A stretch of DNA of 57,562 nucleotides from Proteromonas lacertae (Eukaryota). Shown piece after piece: positions 40,001 through 52,003 of this stretch. Made by a program: the position numbers and the translations under genes. The notes under the pieces were generated by a model that was not told the origin of the DNA, did not search any database, and saw nothing but the letters and a program-made list of their open reading frames with translations. The stretch lies in assembly GCA_002245135.1 (NCBI GenBank), contig NGBS01001191.1, positions 1 through 57,562 on the forward strand, written 5' to 3'. Every line of letters starts with the position of its first letter. Within the stretch, counting starts at the first letter, position 1.

Positions 40001-43000
40001 AATATACAATTTCAAACTTTTCTATTTGATAATTATAGTGTTCTATGAAATATAATTGTTCTAATTTTCTTCCTGGAGTTAATGTGCATGGACCATATGG
40101 ACTTAAAACACTTATTTTTTGATTTAATACAGCGAAAAAGTTACTATCCAAATCATAATTCCCAGATCTATATAATATATCTTTTAATATCAAAAATGAT
40201 GTTAAACCGATATAACTTGGGTATTCTACTCTATACTTATCAGAATAGATAGTGAAAAAGAAATTATTCACATCTACTGCTAAATTTACATAATTAGGAT
40301 TCAAATTAGGATTGTTTTTATCTCCTAAACTCTGAAAATATGAAGAGAAGAAATAAAAACCATCCATTAAATACGTCATATTATCATCAATCTGTAAAGA
40401 TGATAAATCAGTGATAATTATTCTATCATTTGTATTAAAACCTTCTATAAATGACTTTAATACAACACTACCAATATAAGGAACTGGTCCAAATAGCAGC
40501 AAGATAGTATCATCACTCTCTTTCATATATTTATGAATTGGAGAATATGTTGATTTATCATTAATATCAAAGGAAAAAGTAACAATAACTGAAAAGGGAT
40601 AACTATTTAACTGATTATATAAGGGAACAATAAAATCACTATATGATATAGAATAGATAATTGTCAAACTCTTATTATGACTTAATACGAAATTACTTAC
40701 ATGATAACCTATTTCATAAGGAAAGTAATTCATAAAAATGATATTATTTTCACATCACTTCACCACTATAAGGTAATAACTGTAACATTATTTTGTTGGT
40801 TAAATATAAAAGAGGTAAAAAATATTGTGAAACTATCGAATAATCGATTACACTAAAGAAAATAGTTGCTTTTAAATCAGAGAAGCTAGAAATAATATCT
40901 TTATAATAATATTTCTCTAAATGTATAAATTTGTTCATCAATCCTGTATTATTATTGACACTAATCACTAATCTTTCAATAGCTATATAATATGCTTTTT
41001 CATAAAACGTAATATCATGGAGAGGACTTTCAAATATAAATCCAATTTGAAACACATCCATAGTTTTTATATATTCGGCATCTCCCTGTGAATCAGAATT
41101 ATAATAATCAACATAACTGTATTGATTTGTATTTGATTCATATTTATAACACATTTCATATGCTCTATGTAATTTTGAACTAATTACAGATTTTCCATTA
41201 TTTGTATAATAAATAGTTCTTGAAAGAGTGTTAGTTATTGACATTGATATAATCCATAAGCAGTTTCAAATGAATAACTATAAATAGACAAAGATTCTAT
41301 TTCTTCTTTACTGTAATATGAATATAAATAATTTATAAATTCAACATATATCAATCCAACAAATGATTCTTCATTGAATGGTAAGGAATATATTTCTACT
41401 GGACAATAGTTATTCATTAACATCTCAGTTGTATTACTATCAAATATATAGTCTCTTCTATTCACTTCTTCTCTTTTAATATCTCTATTATATGTAGCAA
41501 CAATGTAACTGTGTATATTGGATTTACATTTATCAATATTTTTCAGCGCATAATTCATTGGATCACAGTAATAGACATCTATTGAAGACTTTATTTCATT
41601 ATTCATATTGATACCACATATACTATCAGCAAAATACTTTAAAACAGGTTTATGCAACATACAAATAATATTCTGTGCTTTAATTAATACAGTATACTCA
41701 TTCATAAATGTATCAATTTCAGTCTTATAATCTTCATTATTGATCAAATAGTATGCTATTGGAGAATCTTTAAACTTCTCTTTAATATTGTTTATTAACA
41801 CATCCCCATTCTTTGAATAAACAATTACTATCTTTTCAATATACTTTTTATTGGTTATATGCTCAATAATTGGATATACTATTTGATTAGCACTAGTTGA
41901 AGAAAATATATTCTTTGAAATAACACATTCTAGTATTGGATGGATTGAAAAGAATAATACATTAGTGTCTTTAATATACTCTTCAACTATTTCATATTCA
42001 TGATAAAATAAACCACCAATTATAATTCTCAAATTCTCAAATTTCACTAATTCACTATATGCCTTTTTATAATCATTTTCTGTCACACAATTATATGTTG
42101 TTATTACTATATTCAAATTATTTGTTAAATAGTAATAATTAATTGCATTTACAATAGTTAAAACCACTTGTCTTGTATAATCCATTTCTGTATCATCATT
42201 TATGTTGAAAGTTAAACCAATTCTATTTATACCAATCTTCTTTGTAAGCGCTGTATTATTATCTCTATCTATTAGACAAATTGAACCTGTTTGACTATCA
42301 TCAAACCATGGATAAGGAATAGAAAATGATTCTAAAGTTGAATTGTATATTTTTATTAATTCAACTTCTCTATTTTCATTTGCAAATAGCAAATAAAGTG
42401 GATTTCTAGATGTTAAATATCTACTTATAAAATCTATTTTACCCAAATTTGTCAATATATCAAAATCACCAATTGTTTCAATCATTCTTAAGAGTAGTTC
42501 CATTGCATTATATCCCAAATAATTATATCTATTTGGGATTTGACTATATATTTTTTTAAATCCATCTTCAAATCCATTCATCATAACCTCATTCATTCCA
42601 GTAACATAGTCTTCAATTGAATATACATTCACAACATAATAACTTGAATTATAATAATAATCGTATAGACTTGTTGTAGCAAATAAAAGAGAATCTTCAC
42701 TTTTAGATGATAAGAAATTGAATACTGATGGATTTAATAATGTTATTGTATTAAAAATAAATACTCTAAAAGATATTGACTTATCTAATACATCCTTTAA
42801 ATATAAAACAGAAGGATTATCAACAACTAAACTATTTATACCTAATATCCTTGAATAGCTTCTAATCATATTTGCAAATAAGTTATACTTGCTTTCTGTT
42901 AATAATATGAAATAATTAATTCTTCTAATATAGAAATGATTAATCACAGTTGAAACTTGGTTTATTTTACTATTCACTGTTGAAATTATATGTGAACTAC

Positions 43001-46000
43001 ATACTCCTGGATCTCCATAGAATGATAACAACACTTTGTTATACTTAATCAATATAGGAGACATTAGTTTTATACAATCAATTCCACTACATCCAATAAA
43101 TGCAACTACATTTTCATCTTTAGCCAATTCTGTAATTTCGTTAATATTAAATCTTACATCTGTATCAATAATATGTGTGTTTAAAATCATTTTATTATAT
43201 TTTGTAGATAAAACATAGTGTAATCCTGTATATATCTCAAAAATATTATCTGAACCATCATTTATATAAACTATTTTCTTGATTGTCAATTGTTCTATAT
43301 CATTGTCATGATAAACATCACATGCTATTGGTTCTAAATCTCTATCAAAGAATAGATAATATGGATCAGGCTTTATTTTATCACTTTCATATTCCAATTT
43401 TACTCCAATTCTATTATTAGAATCATTATAAAATTTACCAATTCTAATATTTCTGGTAAGATAATTTGATTTATCAAGATCAATAATACCTTCAGGAGAA
43501 TAGTAACTAAAATTTGTATTTGATCTATCACTAATACTATCGTTCTTTTCGTGATTGATTTTATAATAAAACTCTGTTAAAAAACCTCCTATATAAAACA
43601 ATGAACTAACATTAACCTCATTAATATAACTAAATATTGTTGAATTAGTCCAGATAGTATTGTAAGAAAGATTATAACTTGGCAAATAATTACACATTAT
43701 ATAATTGTTCATTAAGTATTCAACAGGATATTTCTGTGCTTCAAAATAATCCATATTTAAATCGAAAACAACATACTTGAAAGAAGGAAATAAAACTGAA
43801 TATTGATATAATTCATTATAGAATTTATATGTAGATTCTGATATAGTATATAATACAAAAGCATATTCAGTATCATTATTACTAAGCTCATCAAAAAATA
43901 GTCTCAATTTCGCAGCATCACTAAATATGTATGATGAAAATACATTCATAAAGTGAGTTTTCATTATATACTCATATGCCTCATCTAAATACCATTCAAA
44001 TCTATCAGATATTAACACTGTATGCCTAATAGCAGTTGTATCTAAATATTGAGCAATGGCTATTAATTTTTGATGTAAAACTGTTCCTAAAATTATAAAA
44101 TTCTTTGAATAACATTCTGGATAATTAACATCATAAAAATAATAAAACGAAGTGTTTGTATTATTTATTTCCCTAGAAATTAACGTTTCTAGCTACAGTA
44201 GATGGATAACCACCAAATACTGCTACATATTTCTTTTCAACAAGTGTATGAAGTAAATATCTAAATGTATCAACATCATCTCCACAATTATAATAATCCA
44301 AGACATATTTTACATCATCACTCATTAGATGAACAAAATAATTAGAAGCCAAAGTTAATGCATATATTACACTTGAATATGTTTCTTTATAAAAGCCAGA
44401 ATATGGATGAATTACACCAATATGAATAGTATTAGGAAATTCAACTGCTTTGCCATTAACACAAATGTAATACTTATGTTGATATAAAGCAGAATATGGA
44501 GTAGGTATATATATATCAGCACCTTCATTCACTTGCACTATTTTTGTATGATTTTTATTATATGTTCTTAGATAAGTAACTTGAGCTGTGTATAAATCTT
44601 TAGTTATATGAATTCGACCAATTACTGTATTGTATGAATTTATTAATGTTGTATTTTTGATTTTAGAAAATGAATTCGTATTACCATTTCTATAATTCTC
44701 ATACAATATTTTCATAAAAGTATATAACACTGCACTATCATCATCAAATAATCCATCAATACCTATATGACTTTTAATAATATCTAAATAATGAAGGTTT
44801 TCTTCAATATTAAGTCTTGGATTGTAATTAACCAGAAAATATAAATGGTAGTATGATATTCTATCTCTTAACATCAAATAAGTGAAATCTGGAGAATTAT
44901 TAATCAATAAGTAATATGGTAAATCCCAATTATCATCATAGATATATTTATAGAAATATAAAATCATCTTTTCCAAAATATCTATTTCATCAACTAGTAA
45001 GACTATTAACCCACCATTATTAATCTCACTTCTAATTGTTTCAAACAACCTGTAATATGATTGTTGAGTTAAATCATCAGTTATTACATTAGACACAAAA
45101 TGTTTAACATCATAAAATTCTAAATATGGTTTTAACATATTTATATAATCTTGAGAATAAACATGTTGATCTACAATAATTGAAATAGGCAAAGACCATT
45201 TCTGTAGTAAATAGAATAAAGACATTATTTCTTGACTGATGATTGTTCCTCCAATTATACTATAATAATTATAATATTATAATATTATATACATATTTTT
45301 CAAACACATTTCTCCATTTGATTGATATGGAGTAATTAATGGAATATCTTTCTCAACAAGATAATCATCAAAAAACAATAGACAATCTTTATAATAACAT
45401 CCTATGATTGATGTAAAATTGAACTTATCTAACAACTCATCTAGTTGGGTTTTATATGTAGTTGGTGGTATATTAGATTTAAATGTAAATGGAATAATTC
45501 TCTATAATAATAAATAAATCAACATATATACGATATAAACATGACTCAAAGATATTAAATCATAAGATGCAGCTGAAGCTCCATACAATGTAACTACATC
45601 ATGCAAATTGTCTTTATCATAAAGATATAACGAATTATAAGCAGTTTGTTTATATAAAACACCATAGCTGCATTTATATACAAATGTATTTAAATCACTT
45701 GGATTAAAAATATCTTCTGGATATACTACTCTCTTATTTTCATCATAAGTTGTATATAAAAATGGATAAACAGTTGAAGAAGATTGATGTTTAATAGTGA
45801 ATGTTTCATTCACAATTTTAATAACAAATATATAAGATAACATGGATGGATTTTCATCAATTGTAACAACACCTTTTGGAGATATAATACTATCATAAGC
45901 ACCACTTTTAATATATTCTAATGTAATATAATAATTAAGTAAATAGGTAGGGAAATAGAAATGACCATCTTTAGAAAATGGGAATGTAGTGTTGTAAGTT

Positions 46001-49000
46001 TCATAATTATTACCAAAAGAATCAATATCATTGTGAATTTTGATATTCTTTGTGGAATTCAGAGTATTAGAGTATGTTGTAACAATATAAGTGTTGTTAT
46101 ATTTTTCCAAATTGTCCAAAACATTTGCTTCATCATTTCTTATCATTATTAATGTAATACTATTATCTAAATCAGTCACAATTATGTCATTCTTCTTTGT
46201 TATTAAAGTAGAAATAAGAAACGAATTTAAACACTCTGTATTTACTTTATTTAACTGTAATTGAACATTTGTATCATCGATTATATACTGCTTTCATTAT
46301 GTATCTTATAAATAAAACATCTCCTTTTATAAACTTAATCAAACCTTTTGTATATATATCATTTTCTCCTATTATACAGAGATTAATATCATTCTCACTG
46401 TAAATTTTTTCATTCTCAGTCAACAGACTGGAAATACCAGTTAATGTCTGTTCTAATGAATCTCCCATCTATAAATAATATAATATATAAAATAATACAT
46501 TTACATAATTTGTTTCACATAATGATTCAGAATACCACCAAGTGTTTATTACACATGCATTTACACTCTTTATATCAGCTTCTAATTCATATAATAGTTC
46601 TTCACTAATTGAATAATAATACATTATATTATATACCTAAATGTAGCAACTAAATATGATTCTTTAGATTTATCTTCTTTTATTCTTTTAAATGCATTTC
46701 TGTAACACACAACTGAACCAAAAGTACAACTCATAGGAAAAATTAATGGAATAATATTTTTTCTGTTCGTTGAATATGTATTTTGAAATAAATAAAACAG
46801 GGAATATATCAAATCCAAATCTCTCGATTCTTCAATTGGAAATACCATATAAATATAAATAATAGGTTTTGGTGTAATAGTATTATCTACTGCATTACAT
46901 ACATTAAACGTGTGATTGGATAAATCATAATCATAGGATGTTGATATTGTAGGAAATGGACAATTTGTATATACGCTAATAGTTTTATCTGGATCTAATT
47001 TGAATTGCTTTGGAGTTCCCATAGCTTGGAAATTATATCCAATCGAAGTTTGTGTTATGCTTGATGGAAATTCATAGAAACATTTTTTATAATTTGTTGA
47101 ACTGTAACTACTACAATTACTATAACTGTCTCTGATATTATCAACTAAATGCTTTCCAATCCTATAATCGATTGTATAATTCATATTAAATTGTGTGTAA
47201 TAATAATTATATGATAATATTCTTGTATCTACTGGATCATTACTGTATATGGACATGAAGAAAAAATTATCAAAATTGATATTAAATGCAAATATTTTGT
47301 ATGGAGTAGTATGACTAAATGACACAAAACCTTTTAAGCTAGGATTGCCATTGTATAATTTAAAAAATTCTAATGCACATTTACCTTGAACAGCAAATAC
47401 AACCAAATGTTCTATAAAAAATAAAATAAATAATAAATAATTCATTTATACTATTAATTTCAGATTTTAAAATATTAACTATTTCCTGAACATTTGAAGA
47501 ATCTTTTTTTAATTGATAATACTTATTTACCTCATACCTATGAAATGATTCTTCTTTTGAGACTAAATCATAGAAAAAATCTCCATATCTGCCTTCTGAA
47601 TATACAACAAACAATGTATTCAAATCAGGTGGATTATATATTGCATAATTTGCAGATACAAAGAAATGAAATTGACTGTACATTCCTGAATTATAAAAAA
47701 CAACATTTGAACTACATATATTACCTTCATTTTCTTCAACAGAGAATAACAAAATATCTAAAGATTCCAACACTATATATATTACATATATTAAAATAAA
47801 AAATACATGGGACAATCTGAATCAACAAATCACTATCAATAGCTGCAAATATTGTATCAACTTTATAAACTCGTGCATACTCTTTTATCTATTTACAATA
47901 TATATTATTTAACTATACTAGTTTTTCTAATCCTTCAATTGTATCTGGAACTACATCTTCAATCAATCTCAATGAATACATATCCTGTTCATCATATAAA
48001 CGCTTTAATTCAGAAGTAATAATATCAAGAGAAGATTGAATTATATTATCTCCCATATAATAATTATTTATTACTCCATAATATTTAAACTCATTCATTC
48101 TCATTGTACAAAGATTCTGATGTGATGCATTTGATATTATTGGTGTAAATGCTCTTTCATCTAATGGTGCGTACATTCCAAACTCGTCTAAATATACCAA
48201 TTCATTAGCATCATTAACTGTATATAAGTAATGATTACCGTAATAGAAACTATTATTACTCAAATACAAAACAATTTCTGGTGTAATAATATCAGTTCTA
48301 TATACCTTATCAATAATATTTGGATCATCAAAAACTATCTTATCAAGCGTATCAAGCCATTGTTTTACCATATAAAATGCAAAATAATCAACAGATGATA
48401 CATCATTTGCATTACCATAAACATTCTCATATAATCCACTAAATTCAGTGTTTTTAATGCCGTGTATATAATCAATAAATAAATATTGACCAACTGCATT
48501 GGGGTTTGTTTCATATACAGTTTTAACAGAATCAATCAGTGAATATAAACGAATACCACTTACTGACTGTAGTTTCATTTCATTCAATAGATCATCTGTG
48601 TCTTTATCTATTAACAATGAAACAATAATACCTCCATTAGGTAAATATTGCTTTATCTTTGATACTGTATCTGTTGATGATGAAAATTCTATCAATCCAT
48701 GGTAATTTAACCCTAAATGAATGTTATATGCATTTGATGGAAGTAATAGTTTTTCTAAACTTGTTAGTTACTTCGTCTATATTACCCAATATTATTATAT
48801 CACCATACAACTTCATTAACAATGAAACAACTTCATGTATATATAAACCTGAAAAGACTGCGTTGTATATACAATCTGGAAAATGGGTAAATTCTAGGAA
48901 CTATTAGAAATGACCTAGCTATTATGTTTTGTTCATATATAATTTTTAAACACTTACTATTTACATATGCAAAAGCCATCGATACAGACTGATTAAACAC

Positions 49001-49237
49001 ATAATAAGCACTACTCTGACATTCTTCTAAACTAGTAATGTTTTTGTTTATAAAATTATAGTTTCGTTCATTTGGTAAATTTGTATGATTTTGAAAGGCT
49101 AACTGAAAGGATTTATAAATTGAGTTTGATGATGACGAAAACGAGGATGAAATATCTAATATAACTCCAACATTAATTGTTGGAACTATTTCTCTAGAAA
49201 AAGCAATAAAAGATAAAAACAAAAAAATAACCACCAT
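37093..49237 (-). CDS. Giant class C (GABA-B-like) 7TM receptor with about 9 tandem type I periplasmic-binding (Venus flytrap, UrtA/AmiC-like) modules
   Basis: Signal peptide; repeated IxIGVI starts and E/GxCxxNI motifs; 7TM region with RRSKIIRRA...F, IKIWKVHKV, FNES..I; long Ser-rich tail; about 11 introns and several apparent 1-nt indels. Confidence 0.8.
37986..38043 (-). other. U12-type intron, AT-AA, 58 nt, in TM6 of the receptor
   Basis: Donor ATATCTTTTT, branch CTCCTTAAT. Removal gives FNESMSITYSSILI(L)FGVLVISP. Confidence 0.8.
39437..39486 (-). other. U12-type intron, AT-AC, 50 nt, in the receptor ectodomain
   Basis: Donor ATATCTTTTT, branch ATCTTAAT, acceptor CTAC. Removal gives in-frame MPSCP(I)CSLLKSELN. 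Confidence 0.82.
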
Positions 49238-49418
49238 TAATACATCAATTATACATTTAATACAACTGTATTTGTTCGTTTTTAAAATTTATTATGAAAA
49301 AACAACAATTCGTAAGCTAAAAAGTATATTCTTAATTAATAATCTTATAGGACATTAAATATAAATTAATTACTATATGAAAAGTCTTAAATAAATAGTA
49401 TGAAAAAATGTGTATAAT

Positions 49419-50589
49419 TTACAGTAATAATGTAGGAGAACTGGGGTTTATAGCAATAATTGGATGAATTTTAGCTGAGCTATAGGAAATAATAGGAGAA
49501 TTATCAGTTTTTGCTCTACTTCTTTGCATGAACCTATTCCTTCTAGCTGCACTACGTAAATCATATCTCATTACACTTTTAGGAGATTCTCTTTCGGCTA
49601 TTTTACAATAACCATACTTACATCGAATTTCGTAAATTATAGAAGCTTTAATTCTCTTAAAATCATCACCAGGTTTTCTATACTCTGTGTATAGTAATGG
49701 TGGTTTAGGCACTACAATCCTGCTAATAATTTCAGTACATTTTTCAACAGGTTTGGGAGAGAGATAAAAGCCATCCAAATATGAGTTATAATAATGCATT
49801 CTAGCACATATTCTGAGGAAATTCTTTTTTCCAACGAATGCACTAATTAAAGATCTTTTTAATTTATCAAAAACAGAGATTAAACTGTAACTACTGTGAA
49901 TAAGCGATACAACTTCTCTAAGTGAAACAAATTCGGATGGATCTTTTCCAGCTATGTATGTCTCTAAGGATGTCTCTAAATGAGAATTTTCAAGTAAAGT
50001 GTGAAAAAATTGGGAAGCTTGTTGATAAGTCAATGATATATTACTCTGATAACCACATACTGACATCATTACTATTGTAATAAACATAAAATAATATTTT
50101 GATTATACTCTTTACCCTCAATTCAAGCGAAAAGAATACAAAAATACCTATAAATTGCAACAAATGATCCATTGATATTAAATGATCTATTGGTGAATAT
50201 AAACATTACACAGAATACCTGTTATTTTGAAATATTCTTCAAAAGCAGGACTATACTGACAATCAATCGCACTAAACAAGTTTTCAGCTTTAATGCATGT
50301 TCTGGATGGACATTTATACCATAGGGCTAAATAATTATGTTGAATTATGGATATTTCATAATTATTCACTATATAACCGTAATGATGTATATACGACAAA
50401 GAGCTTCAGCTATTTTGACGGAAAAGAAGTTTATTGAAAAAAGAGGTTCTCTTCTAAAAGACATATTTTGTACTAAGGTGAAGTGTAGGTATTTATGCTT
50501 TCTATGAGAATTTATTGATAAATATATGAAATAATAAGATATACCATTTCATTAATTAGCTCATCTTCTTCATTTAGATTATTTTGCAT
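49419..50589 (-). CDS. Hypothetical protein (several short introns; start uncertain)
   Basis: ORFs 50187-50399 and 49419-50087 join through GT-AG introns and a small middle exon; no family recognised. Confidence 0.45.
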
Positions 50590-50837
50590 TTCAAAATAGA
50601 TTTTTCGGTTATTTATTCAAAAATTAAAATGGGAGGAATAATGTTATAAAACTGTGTTATTGACCATAAAATATTATTTATCTAATGAAGATATGTATAA
50701 ATAAGTATTATTATGTGAAAAGACTATTAAATGATTCATTTCTAAAATATTCTTTTGAGTGTTTTATTATAATATACAACAAATCACCTGATCAAATACA
50801 TAATTATTTCGTCTAAAATGTTCTATAGTCTATTTTT

Positions 50838-50873
50838 TGACATAAAATTGACAAAAATGACATAAAATGACAT
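50838..50873 (+). repeat. Short tandem repeat (TGACATAAAA-like, about 4 copies) overlapping the WD40-FN3 start codon
   Basis: TGACATAAAAT TGACAAAAA TGACATAAAA TGACAT. Confidence 0.65.
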
Positions 50874-51969
50874 CGTTACCAACAACACCCAAAATAGATA
50901 CTAAGAAGCAAGAAAAAGCTCGAGATGAGGTTATTGAAAAAGGTAAAAAAGTTTTGGAGGCTAGAGAGGAAAGAATTCGAATGAAAGAAACTAAATTGAT
51001 GGAAATAGAAGATAAATCTGCAACAGAACTTGAGACTAGAACAAGAAATACATTAAGGTTACTTAGAATAGAAAATGATAAAAAGGTATCACAATTTCTG
51101 TTATTGTTTTAGGAAGAAAGAGCATTTAAAGAAATGCGTATGCAGGATATATTAGCTGAACAAATGGAAGATGGATTGCATTTTAGGTATGGAAAGCTTA
51201 CTTCTCTAAAACATCATAAATCTTCTGCTACTTTAGTAAGACTATGCTATGGTCATGTAGGTCGTATATCAGGAGTAGATATGAATTATAATGGAACATT
51301 AATTGTATCATGTTCAGAAGATAAAACCATCAGAATTTGGTCTTCATCTTCAGGAAATGAATTATTAACTTTACCTCAAGATGACATAGAAGCATCAGGA
51401 CATACAAAATCAATATCTGATGTAAAATTTATACCTAACATTAATCAAAATTATTCATCCTTCATAATAAAGAAAACATCCTTACATGAGATAGAAAATC
51501 ATTATTCAATGAGAAATGTGATTAGAAAATTAACTAGAAAAAACACTAGTCGTTCTAGTTTAGGTGGAATTCCTGAGGAACAACAGAATCAACCAGAAGA
51601 ATTTCCCAAAACATCATCAGGGATAGAAGAAGAGAAACCTAGCATATTACAGAACTCATTATTAGAGGAATTAGATGAAGATTATAAAGAACCTGAGCCA
51701 CCAGTAGAAGGAAGAATTGTTAGTTGTTCCAATGATATATCATTTTTGTCATATATATTTTTTGTATTTCTTTAATTATAAGTTTAACATACTGTAAGAG
51801 TATGGGATTTAAAACGTAGAAGAGAAACAATGACATTGACAGATCATAAAGATATTGTATATTCAGTAGCAGCATCACCAGATGGTTATTTTATAGCCAG
51901 TAGTTCTGAAGATAAAACGGTAAAATTGTGGGATGCAATAACAGGCAAATTAATAAGAACATATGTGTA

Positions 51970-52003
<34 letters not shown>

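Noticed and set aside
40734..40752. ATATCATTTTT on the minus strand as a seventh U12 donor
   Set aside because: It lies in coding sequence (CENNIIFMN, one of the repeated module motifs); the break is a 1-nt indel just upstream.
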